From contig DASYPP010000047.1 of NCBI GenBank assembly GCA_036006525.1, forward strand, positions 8,077-72,076: 64,000 nt of DNA, given 5' to 3'. Below are positions 33,490 through 41,700 of this stretch, in pieces. Position 1 is the stretch's first letter. Each line of letters begins with the position of its first letter. The notes below the pieces were generated by a model that saw nothing but the letters and a program-made list of their open reading frames with translations, was not told the origin of the DNA and made no database searches. Origin of the DNA: Gemmatimonadales bacterium. GTDB taxonomy: Bacteria > Gemmatimonadota > Gemmatimonadetes > Gemmatimonadales > GWC2-71-9. The position numbers and the translations under genes are program-made.

Positions 33490-34073
33490 GGTTCATCCTC
33501 CTTCGACGAAAACAGGCACCCGGCTGAGCTCGCCGCAAACCAGCCGGCCACCAGCAGGCGGGGGGCATCGAGTTCCTGGACGATTGGGGCGAGCCAGCGC
33601 CGCATGTGGCGCAACTCGGGGGGCCGGCGGCCCATCAGCGCGAGAATGGCGCCGATACCGGACGTGGCCCGGAGAAAATGGGCCAGGCCGTGCGCCCGCT
33701 GGGTGAACTCCACCACCTTGACCCCGGGCTCGTCGAAAATGACCGCGCCTTCAAAGACGTCCATCGGCGGAGCATCGAGCCGGGGACCCAGGTAGAGATA
33801 GCGGCGACCGTTGGCGGTCTTCCGCTCGATCACCGCTGCAGCGGTCTCGCTGGTGAGCCGCGCGGCGTGCAGCAGGTCATCGTCGTGGAGCGCCCCTACC
33901 GCGTTGGTCCATTCCAGGGCCGCCAGCGCGGTTTCCATGGGACACCCCATGGTATCATCGAACGCGATCATCCGCGGTGCTTCGCCTGCCCGCATAAAGA
34001 AATGGGCGAGCGCTTCCGGGCGTTCCAGGAAGGTACGGATGACCAGGGTGGAGGGCGCAGACGGTTCGGCCAT
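33453..34073 (-). CDS. Hypothetical protein
   Basis: 206-aa ORF with no recognised motif. Confidence 0.5.
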   Translation of the reverse strand: MAEPSAPSTLVIRTFLERPEALAHFFMRAGEAPRMIAFDDTMGCPMETALAALEWTNAVGALHDDDLLHAARLTSETAAAVIERKTANGRRYLYLGPRLDAPPMDVFEGAVIFDEPGVKVVEFTQRAHGLAHFLRATSGIGAILALMGRRPPELRHMRRWLAPIVQELDAPRLLVAGWFAASSAGCLFSSKEDEPSYRYIEVGLES

Positions 34074-34108
34074 AGGATCTGAAAGCTAGCTCTGAAACAG
34101 GGAGACTG

Positions 34109-34183
34109 GTACTGGGTGCTGCGTACTGGGCACTGGGCCACCAATGCAGTTTTTCGCAGTACCCAGTACCCGTCACCAGTACC
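34109..34183. repeat. Oligomer-tandem palindrome (GTACTGG heptamers)
   Basis: Left arm GTACTGG GTGCTGC GTACTGG GCACTGG. Right arm CAGTACC CAGTACC CGTCACC AGTACC. Confidence 0.85.
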
Positions 34184-34187
34184 TTCT

Positions 34188-36173
34188 TTATGGCGTAAGT
34201 TCTGACTTGTTCTCCACTTTCACGATCCACAGCCCCGAGTTGATGTCCGGTACGTAGATGTATCCGTTCCGGTAGATAGCGCCCCAGGCGTTGGCCGAGT
34301 TGGCCACGAAACCGTTCTTGTCTCCCGTATTCACGTGCGCGATCTCGCGACCCTGGTTGAGCAGGTCGCCCCGCATTTCTCCGGATACGTCGAGCACCCG
34401 CAGCCCGCCCTGGTAATCCCCCAGGTACAACGTGTCCCCCGCGACCCAGACGTTGTGAACCCCGCCATCCTTGGGCTCGTACCACGCGACTTCCCTCGGG
34501 TTGGCGAGGTCCGATACGTCGATCACGTGGAGCCGGCCATAGGCGCGGCCCAGTCCGATAACTCCACCGCCGACCGGCTTGGCGGAGAAGACTTCATCGC
34601 CGGCGAACACGTAGCGCCCCGCACGCCACGCGGTATGGGTGCCGCGGATGAACCCGGGGCCGCCCACCGCTTCGACATCGCGATACAACGAGTTCAGGTC
34701 GTACTTGAACTGGCTCACCAGCTGGGGTGATTCGGGGCTGCCGCCCTTCACTCCGTTGCCGACATCCAGGATCACCAGTCCATCATTCCAGTACGAGAGG
34801 TAGGCCAGGCCATCCTGCACGTCGATGTCGTGCAGCATGCGGCCCGCCTCGGTGCGGGTAACTTCCCAGCGCGCCACCTGCCGCGGGTGATAGGGGTCCC
34901 GGATGTCGATGACCCGCATCGAGCCGGTGGCGTCATCGGTGAGGTAGACATATCCGTGGTAGATGAAGGTGCTGTGCACCCCGCCGGTCACCGTTTCGGT
35001 GAATTCGGCGATCGGCTTGGGGTGGGCCGGGTCCTCGAACGAGAGAATGACGATGCCGTTCTTCCGAGTAGAGGCGCCTTCCCTGGTGAGGACGCCGTAC
35101 TTGCCGTCCTCGGTAGTCATCACGTCGTTGATAACCCTGGCGTCCACGACGACACTATCGGTAATCGCCGGGGCCGCCGGGTTGCTCAGGTCGATCGCGT
35201 AGAGCCGGTCGCCGATAGTGCTGATATACCCATGCTTCCCGTCGGGATGCAGCCAGAACTCCGCCGCATTCATCTTGAGCGGGACCCGCCCCACCACCGT
35301 GGCGGGTCGCACCGCGTCACGCGGGTTGACGGTGACGACGGCTTCGGCCGAGCGGTCCCCGACCCTGGCGACGACCCGGTAGGTGCCGGGCAGATCGGCG
35401 ACGAACGCGCCGTCGGCATCGACGGAGGCAGTGCCGGGACTCAGCAGCCACTGGGGCCGCACCTCACCGACCGCGTGTCCCGCGGCGTCTTTTGCGGCCA
35501 GGGAAAGCCGCACCACGTCGCCGGTGCGCGCGGTGCTGGTCGCCGGAGCGATGGCGAGTGAACGAATCGGGTTCACGCTCACCACGATCGTCCGGGACGC
35601 GCTAGCCTGGCCCGCCCGCGCGGTCAGGGTGGCACGGCCCGCCGTTCGCGCGGTAAGACTGCCGTCGTTGTTCACGCTCGCTACCGCCGGCCGATCGGAG
35701 CGCCAGGCCACCGGGTCGTAGCGGCGGTCGCCGTTGGCCGCCATGACAGTCGCGGTGAGCGGAATGGTTTGTCCGGTGTAGATCCGCTCCACCCGGGGCT
35801 CGATTTCAATCCGGGCGGCAGGTGGTGAAAGGACCGTCACCCGGGCCACCGCGACGACTGGCCGGCCGCCGGCCAGCGGGCGCACCGACACTCCCACATT
35901 GATCGTACCGGAGGAACCCCCGGTCACCAGACCGGTGGAGTCCACCTTCCCCTCGAAAAACCCGCCCGAGGTAGCCCAGCTCACCCGCACGTTCTTGTAC
36001 TCGGCGCCCGAGGAGTCGTAGGCGACGGCGGTCAGCCGGATGGTGTCGTTGGCGACCACCGCTGCTTCCGCCGGCTGGATTACCACTCGGGCGATCGGCG
36101 AACGGGGCATGACCGGCGCTGCCGGCGTGGGGGGCGATTGCTGGAGCAGGGCCAGCACGGCGATAACAATCAT
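34188..36173 (-). CDS. Secreted Big_2 (Ig-like) plus LVIVD-repeat beta-propeller protein
   Basis: Repeated Ig-like segments (..DTIRLTAVAYDSSG.., ..GQTIPLTATVMAANG..) and LVIVD-type strands (GLVILDVGN, GLRVLDVSG, GLWIVKV). Confidence 0.75.
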   Translation of the reverse strand: MIVIAVLALLQQSPPTPAAPVMPRSPIARVVIQPAEAAVVANDTIRLTAVAYDSSGAEYKNVRVSWATSGGFFEGKVDSTGLVTGGSSGTINVGVSVRPLAGGRPVVAVARVTVLSPPAARIEIEPRVERIYTGQTIPLTATVMAANGDRRYDPVAWRSDRPAVASVNNDGSLTARTAGRATLTARAGQASASRTIVVSVNPIRSLAIAPATSTARTGDVVRLSLAAKDAAGHAVGEVRPQWLLSPGTASVDADGAFVADLPGTYRVVARVGDRSAEAVVTVNPRDAVRPATVVGRVPLKMNAAEFWLHPDGKHGYISTIGDRLYAIDLSNPAAPAITDSVVVDARVINDVMTTEDGKYGVLTREGASTRKNGIVILSFEDPAHPKPIAEFTETVTGGVHSTFIYHGYVYLTDDATGSMRVIDIRDPYHPRQVARWEVTRTEAGRMLHDIDVQDGLAYLSYWNDGLVILDVGNGVKGGSPESPQLVSQFKYDLNSLYRDVEAVGGPGFIRGTHTAWRAGRYVFAGDEVFSAKPVGGGVIGLGRAYGRLHVIDVSDLANPREVAWYEPKDGGVHNVWVAGDTLYLGDYQGGLRVLDVSGEMRGDLLNQGREIAHVNTGDKNGFVANSANAWGAIYRNGYIYVPDINSGLWIVKVENKSELTP

Positions 36174-36233
36174 GGCGGACTCGGGGACCGGGTGGCTGGG
36201 TTGAGGGTCTGGGAACTTGAGCAGGGCAATCTA

Positions 36234-36419
36234 TTGACAAAACCCCTGGGGAGCCAGAAGTTAAACCCATGGCAGCATTGGAATTCCGAATCTCATCCCC
36301 AGATACCGTCTGGTAGTCAGTGGCCGCCCGGAGTTCCCCTCCGGCCGGCTTTTTTGATTCTAGCCGAAGCCGGCTAGGCAATTCGGAGCTTCGCGCTCCC
36401 TTTCAGAAGAGGTTTCGCG
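36234..36419 (+). promoter_or_regulatory. Candidate cspA promoter and long 5' leader
   Basis: Perfect TTGACA at 36234-36239 with an A/T-rich TTAAA about 20 nt downstream. The leader contains the terminator and a second hairpin, TAGCCG-AAGC-CGGCTA. Confidence 0.3.
36322..36355 (+). terminator. Canonical intrinsic terminator inside the cspA leader
   Basis: GGCCGCCCGGAG-TTCCC-CTCCGGCCGGC stem (1 mismatch) followed by TTTTTT. It lies 65 nt upstream of the cspA ATG. Confidence 0.6.
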
Positions 36420-36620
36420 ATGGCGAAGGGAACAGTGAAGTGGTTCAATGATGCCAAGGGGTTCGGGTTCATCGCGCAGGAAGGCGGCAAAGACGTGTTT
36501 GTGCATCACACGGCCATCCTGGCCGAGGGATTCCGTTCGCTGGCCGAGGGAGACGCCGTGGAATTCGACATTGTCGAAGGCCCCAAGGGTCTTCAGGCGT
36601 CAAACGTCCGCAAGGTCTGA
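36420..36620 (+). CDS. cspA: Cold-shock protein
   Basis: [16 protein letters not shown] (RNP1) and VFVHHTAI (RNP2). Confidence 0.9.
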   Translation: MAKGTVKWFNDAKGFGFIAQEGGKDVFVHHTAILAEGFRSLAEGDAVEFDIVEGPKGLQASNVRKV

Positions 36621-36661
36621 CGCGCATCGCGGCATCTTCACCGCAGTCACGAAGTCACCCG

Positions 36662-37204
36662 ATCCAGCGACGTTTCCGGTCCCCAGCCGGCACCGTCGCT
36701 GTTTCGCTCCTGAGCCTTTGCATCGCTTCCGCGCTCTGCTTCGCCCAGGCCCCTCCCGGAGCCGAGCGGCTGAGGTTCGGGGGATTTCGGGCGGGCGACT
36801 CGCTCCCCCGCGTGGTCGCTACGCTGCAGGGACACCGGGGCCAGCGGCTCCGCTGCCTTCGATCCCACGCCGACAGCACGGTGCAGGAGTGTCGCAGCAG
36901 CTACAGCGACAGCGTGAGCCGGCGCCCGGTCGAGGTGTGGCTCAGCGCCATCGGTGACAAGGCCGCCATTCTCACCCTCAAGACCGAGGGCAGCCCGGCT
37001 TTGCTGGAGCTCTGGCGCGCCGACCTCTCCCGACGATATGGCCAGGTAGAGACCCGGGTCCAGGGATCTCAAAGGATGATGCAGTGGGTCAGGCAGGGCC
37101 GGATGATACGGCTGACCTGGCGCACCGACCGCTGGGCCCCGGCCATCTCGGTGAGCCTGGTGGACGGCCATATCCTTGACGCCTGGGGAGAAAAACGGGA
37201 ATAG
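36662..37204 (+). CDS. Secreted hypothetical protein, start uncertain
   Basis: The frame of ORF 36812..37204 is open upstream and encodes QRRFRSPAGTVAVSLLSLCIASALCFAQA with no canonical start. ATC codons occur at 36626 and 36662. Confidence 0.4.
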   Translation: MQRRFRSPAGTVAVSLLSLCIASALCFAQAPPGAERLRFGGFRAGDSLPRVVATLQGHRGQRLRCLRSHADSTVQECRSSYSDSVSRRPVEVWLSAIGDKAAILTLKTEGSPALLELWRADLSRRYGQVETRVQGSQRMMQWVRQGRMIRLTWRTDRWAPAISVSLVDGHILDAWGEKRE

Positions 37205-37206
37205 GA

Positions 37207-37243
37207 AGTAGGAAGGGGCGCGCGGCGGTACGCCCCTACTACC
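37207..37243 (+). terminator. Hairpin downstream of gene 36662..37204
   Basis: AGGGGCG (37214-37220) pairs with CGCCCCT (37231-37237), flanked by GTAG/CTAC. Confidence 0.45.
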
Positions 37244-37306
37244 GCGCCTGCGGCAAAAGGGCGATTTTCTCTGGTCTCCACGAACTCGATCACAATCGGA
37301 GGACGG

Positions 37307-38431
37307 ATGGGCCGGTTTACGGCGGCAGGGCTGCTTACTCTGGGGTTGACGATCGCGGGATGCGGGGGCGACACGCGTCCCATCCTGATCGGCTGGGGTG
37401 GCGGGCCGCTCAACGATTCCACCGTCGCTCCCTCGTTGCATACCGCCGAACTGGCCATCGCGGAGATCAATGCGGCCGGAGGGATCCATGGCCGGCCGCT
37501 CCGGCTGGTGATCCTGGAGGACGGCGGCGAGCCGGACTCCGCGGTGCGGGTCGCCACCAGGCTGGTCGATTCCGGGGTGGTCGCGGTGATCGGGCACATC
37601 TACTCCAGCACCACGCTGGCTGCGGCGCCGGTGTACAACAATCCCCACAACCCGGTCGTCCAGATCTCCCCGTCCGCCACCTCGCCGCTCATCACGCAGG
37701 CCGGACCCTACACCTTCAGAGTCTGCCCCAGCGACCTCCAGTATGGTGGCGCCCTGGCCCACTTCGTCCAGCAGAGCCTGAGGCTGACCCGCGGCGCCGT
37801 ACTCTACGTCAACAACGACTATGGCCGCGGAGTGCGCCGCACGTTTGAGCGAGAGTTCTCCCTGCTGAGCGGAGAAGTCACCGAGGTGGACCCATTCCTG
37901 GAGGCGAACCCCGAGGTCGGCGCCTATCTGGAGCGGGTGACACAGGGACAGGGCGCGGAGTTCCTGATTCTCGCCGCGAATATTGACGAGGGAACCAAGG
38001 TGCTCCAGGCGATCCGGGACCGAGGATACAAGGGGCCGGTCCTGGGGGGAGACGGGCTGGATGGGATCGAGGATGCCGGTACCATCGGCGAAGGAGTGTA
38101 TGTCGCGACGGTCTACCTGCCGAGCCAGAACACCGAGCGCAATCGCAAGTTTCTCTCCGCCTACCGGGAGAAATTTCCCCTGGGCAATCCGGTCGATTAT
38201 TCGGCCGCCGCCACCTACGATATCGTGTACCTGCTGCGCGACGCGATGCTTCGGGGCGGCACCGGCCGCAAGGACCTGCGGGACGCCGTCGCTGCCGTGG
38301 GCCAGTCTGAACCGGCCTTCGACGGGCTCACCGGCTCCATTGCCTTCGATGAAAATGGGGACGTGCCCAGGCTCAATATCCAGGTCGGCGTGATTCGCAA
38401 TGGGACTCTGCGGCCCGCGGGTGAACAGTGA
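37307..38431 (+). CDS. LivJ-like (Peripla_BP_6) substrate-binding lipoprotein
   Basis: Lipobox [27 protein letters not shown]-type motif. Confidence 0.8.
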   Translation: MGRFTAAGLLTLGLTIAGCGGDTRPILIGWGGGPLNDSTVAPSLHTAELAIAEINAAGGIHGRPLRLVILEDGGEPDSAVRVATRLVDSGVVAVIGHIYSSTTLAAAPVYNNPHNPVVQISPSATSPLITQAGPYTFRVCPSDLQYGGALAHFVQQSLRLTRGAVLYVNNDYGRGVRRTFEREFSLLSGEVTEVDPFLEANPEVGAYLERVTQGQGAEFLILAANIDEGTKVLQAIRDRGYKGPVLGGDGLDGIEDAGTIGEGVYVATVYLPSQNTERNRKFLSAYREKFPLGNPVDYSAAATYDIVYLLRDAMLRGGTGRKDLRDAVAAVGQSEPAFDGLTGSIAFDENGDVPRLNIQVGVIRNGTLRPAGEQ

Positions 38432-40122
38432 AATTCCTCCCGGGGCTGACCCAGCGGTTCACTTTCGTCATGAGCCTGATGCTGATCCTGGTCATCCTGG
38501 TCGGCTGGCTCAGCGTCACCTCAATCCGTTCCCAGGGGGAGATCGCCGACCGTGAGCTCCGGAACCTGGCCGAAGAGGGAGACGTCGGCAGCGCGCTCGT
38601 GGCCTCGGTCATGAACGAGATCCGCGCCGCGCAGCAATACCTGCTCTCGCCGTCCCTGGAGTTGCGGTATGAGTTCATCTCCAGTGGCGACTCGGCCTAC
38701 GCGGCGCAACGGCGCTTCGGCGACCTGACCAGTCTGAGCGACGACGACCGGGTCACCCTCAATCGGATCGCGGATCGGCAGGCGGAGCTCGAGGTGGCAT
38801 ACGCCGAGGCCCATGCCCTCGAGGATATCGGCCGGCCGGATGCGGCGCTGGCCCAGGCCCGCGCCGCCCATTCGCCGGCGGACAGCCTGATTGAAAGCGT
38901 TCGCGCACTGACCACAGGCCAGGCCCGCCTCGCCGTAGAGCGCGCCAATATCATGCGCCAGCGATCCCGCCGCGTTCAGTACATCCTGATCGGGACCATC
39001 GTGCTGATCATGGCTGCCGGCGTGTTCGCGATCCTGTATACCCGAAGCTCGGTCAACGTGCCGCTTCGCCGGCTGGTGGCCGCCGCTGAGCGGTTCGGAG
39101 CCGGTGATCTCCGCCCGGCCCAGCTCGGCGAGATGCCGACCGAGCTCAACTTGCTCGCGCTGACGCTGGACGGCACCGGCGCCAGGCTCAGGACCGTGGT
39201 CTCCGAGGTCATCAAGGAGGCGGAGCAGATCGGCAGCAGCGCGGGCCAGTTCTCGGCGATGAGCCAGGAGCTGGCGGCCAGCGGGAACGAGATCTCGACC
39301 GCTATGGTCAAGGTCTCCACCAGCGCCGAGAGCCAGGTGCGCGGGATGGACAAGGCGGGCAAGGCACTGGGCGAATTACGCCAGGCCGCAAGCACCACCG
39401 GCGAGGCTGCCAACCGGGTGGTGCAGGTTGGAGAAAACATCCGGCGGGTCGCGGCCCAGCACCAGGGCGACGTGGACGCCGCGCGCCGGACCCTGCTGGA
39501 TGTTCGTGAGGTCGTGCGGACTTCGATGGGGCAGGTCCGGCAGCTGGCCCAGCTTTCCGCCTCGATCACCGCTTTCATCGATCTCATCAAGCAGATCTCG
39601 TCCCAGACCAACTTGCTGGCCCTGAACGCCGCGATCGAAGCGGCTCGGGCCGGCGAACAGGGCCGCGGGTTCGCGGTGGTCGCCGAAGAGGTGCGAAACC
39701 TCGCCGACTCGAGCGCCCGGGCCGCGGAAGACGTGACCAAGACGGTGCAGATTCTCCTGAACCAGGTGCGGGAAACCTCAACGACGATGGAAGTGGGATC
39801 CGGCAAGGTAGAGGGAATCGAGCACGTGGCGGAGGCCGCGGCGCGCGGGCTCCAGGAGATCGCGCTCGCCGTGAAGGAGATTCAGAACGCGGCGGCGCAG
39901 GTCGAAGACGAAGCGACCCTGAACCGGACGATCGTCGACGAACTGACCACCACCACGTCACAGGCGGCCAGCGCGGCGAGCGAGCACGCCACCTCGAGCG
40001 AATCGGTTACCGCCGCCGCCGAACAGCAGAACGCCGCCACGGAGGAAATGGCGGCGGCGGCGAGTGAACTGCTGGCTGGGGCGAATCGATTGGCGGCTCT
40101 GGTGGCGGATTTCAGGACCTAG
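38428..40122 (+). CDS. Methyl-accepting chemotaxis protein
   Basis: Two TM helices flanking a four-helix-bundle-like sensor, then HAMP, then [34 protein letters not shown]. 4-nt overlap with the binding-protein gene. Confidence 0.85.
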   Translation: MKFLPGLTQRFTFVMSLMLILVILVGWLSVTSIRSQGEIADRELRNLAEEGDVGSALVASVMNEIRAAQQYLLSPSLELRYEFISSGDSAYAAQRRFGDLTSLSDDDRVTLNRIADRQAELEVAYAEAHALEDIGRPDAALAQARAAHSPADSLIESVRALTTGQARLAVERANIMRQRSRRVQYILIGTIVLIMAAGVFAILYTRSSVNVPLRRLVAAAERFGAGDLRPAQLGEMPTELNLLALTLDGTGARLRTVVSEVIKEAEQIGSSAGQFSAMSQELAASGNEISTAMVKVSTSAESQVRGMDKAGKALGELRQAASTTGEAANRVVQVGENIRRVAAQHQGDVDAARRTLLDVREVVRTSMGQVRQLAQLSASITAFIDLIKQISSQTNLLALNAAIEAARAGEQGRGFAVVAEEVRNLADSSARAAEDVTKTVQILLNQVRETSTTMEVGSGKVEGIEHVAEAAARGLQEIALAVKEIQNAAAQVEDEATLNRTIVDELTTTTSQAASAASEHATSSESVTAAAEQQNAATEEMAAAASELLAGANRLAALVADFRT

Positions 40123-40160
40123 TCTTACCGCCTTCTACCGGCCTTAACCGCTTTCTTGGC
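40091..40160. repeat. Weak oligomer-tandem palindrome (GGCGG / CTTACCGCC units) across convergent stops
   Basis: TGGCGGCTCTGGTGGCGG inside the MCP 3' end. CTTACCGCCTTCTACCGGCCTTAACCGC inside the 3' end of the opposite gene. Confidence 0.45.
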
Positions 40161-40472
40161 AGGCTTGGCCCGGGGCTTCACCTTGGTGCGGTGCTTCGTG
40201 GCTTTGACCCGCTCGGCCGCCTTTTCCAGCTTCCGGCGCTGAGCCGCCTGGACCTCAGCGAGTACCCGCTCACCCTCTTCATTCCCGACCAATCCCCGGC
40301 GTACCGAGTACTTGATCAGCTCCTCGGCATCGGAAAGCGCGAATTCGCTGAGCCGTGCCGCCGCGCGAATCACGTTGACGAGCGCATCTGCCACCGGACT
40401 GCGCAGGACATTGGCTATTCCCGGCAGGGTTTCGAGCAGCGTCGAGATCTGGGAACCACCGAGGTCCGTCAT
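40125..40472 (-). CDS. Hypothetical protein with lysine/arginine-rich tail
   Basis: Start taken at ATG 40472 (MTDLGG..). The C-terminal tail KAVKAGRRR is encoded by a GGCGGTA-type repeat arm. Confidence 0.45.
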   Translation of the reverse strand: MTDLGGSQISTLLETLPGIANVLRSPVADALVNVIRAAARLSEFALSDAEELIKYSVRRGLVGNEEGERVLAEVQAAQRRKLEKAAERVKATKHRTKVKPRAKPAKKAVKAGRRR

Positions 40473-40602
40473 CGGCGGCAACGTAAAAGAGCCCCCCGAT
40501 GGAGTCAAGCGGACCGACTCCGTGGAGGGCTCCGGCCTGGTTTTGACGACGCCGCGTAATTTGTTATGTATCAATGGTTTCAGTCATTTCCGATTGCAGT
40601 AG

Positions 40603-41700
40603 TCAGATTTCATACCGAATGAACAGCGAAGCTCCCCAGCCGGTGATATTGTGGTTCGAGCCATCGGTAAACTCGTACTTCCCGAAGTCGAACCGGGCCG
40701 CCGGGGAGATGGTGATCTTCTCGCCCATCGGAATCTGGAGGGCTGCCCCACCGCCGAACAGGCTGCCACTGCCCTGGTCCGGTGACCAGAACCGGGCTTC
40801 GAGTAGCGGCTCCAGCCGCATGTTCCGACCCATGGGCCAGGATCCGCTGGCACCCAGCGAGAAGATGTTTTCCTGGTTGGTCGACCCGGCTCCCCCGGCC
40901 TTCTGGCGGTAGAAGTCCCAGGCATACCCGGTCAGGGTGCCGTTCCCGGCCAGGAAGGACAGGGACAACTCCCCGATGTAGCGATTGCCGGGCTGGTAGG
41001 TCCCATTGCCCCCGCCCGACAAATTGGCGAAGTCGTCGTTGCCGAAGGTGCTGAACGTGAACCCGGCCGCCAGCCTGGATGTGCCGAGGGTGCGGTCAGC
41101 CGCCACCTTGATACGGCCTTCGGTTCCCGGAGAGTACGTGAGGTTGTCGTCGGTGAACGGGGTGTACTCTCCGCTCATACGAAGACTTCCCGCCAGGCCC
41201 AGGTTCCAGGACCCGGCCGTCGTGGCAACCGCCAGTCCGCCGGTGACGGAGAGTCCGGTGCGATAGGAATTCACCGGGAAGGACAGAAAGTTGGCGGCGG
41301 CAACGCCGAGGACACCGGACTCCGCGGTCGTCTGCTTCTTGCCGGTCGGCAGATTCACCATCACCGTGGCGACCAGTGCGTCGCGCCCGAACACGTACGA
41401 CCCGCGGACCTGGGTATCGGTCAGACCCGATACCGTGGTGGCCGCACCGCTCACTTCGCTCCGGGTCGAGGCGAAGTAGGTGCCGACATCCACCGACAGC
41501 CGCTCATTTACCGGCATGACCAGCGCGATCGGAAACGCGAATTGCCGGGTGTTGGGACCGGCGTCCACCGAGTAACCTCGGGCCGAAATGCCGGTGATAA
41601 AGGAGGTCGAGGTCACCAGCTGATCGTCCTGCGCCTGGGCGCCGCGCGCAGCTGCCAGCGCGACCACGAGAGCCAGGGCGGCTCGAGTCGAAGTTCTCAT
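40603..41700 (-). CDS. Outer-membrane beta-barrel protein (uncharacterised)
   Basis: Signal peptide ALALVVALAAARGAQAQ and alternating-hydrophobic strands throughout. ATGA overlap with the upstream lipoprotein gene. Confidence 0.6.
   Translation of the reverse strand: MRTSTRAALALVVALAAARGAQAQDDQLVTSTSFITGISARGYSVDAGPNTRQFAFPIALVMPVNERLSVDVGTYFASTRSEVSGAATTVSGLTDTQVRGSYVFGRDALVATVMVNLPTGKKQTTAESGVLGVAAANFLSFPVNSYRTGLSVTGGLAVATTAGSWNLGLAGSLRMSGEYTPFTDDNLTYSPGTEGRIKVAADRTLGTSRLAAGFTFSTFGNDDFANLSGGGNGTYQPGNRYIGELSLSFLAGNGTLTGYAWDFYRQKAGGAGSTNQENIFSLGASGSWPMGRNMRLEPLLEARFWSPDQGSGSLFGGGAALQIPMGEKITISPAARFDFGKYEFTDGSNHNITGWGASLFIRYEI

Noticed and set aside
33473-33496. 7-codon ORF (MNHLIAT) starting at the ATG that abuts GGAGG.
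   Set aside because: Zero spacing between the SD and the ATG is incompatible with normal initiation. The SD is correctly spaced for the ATC at 33489 instead.
36448-36957. 169-aa + strand ORF overlapping cspA and the downstream gene in a third frame.
   Set aside because: Arg/Pro/Ser-rich with no motif. It conflicts with the certain cspA frame.
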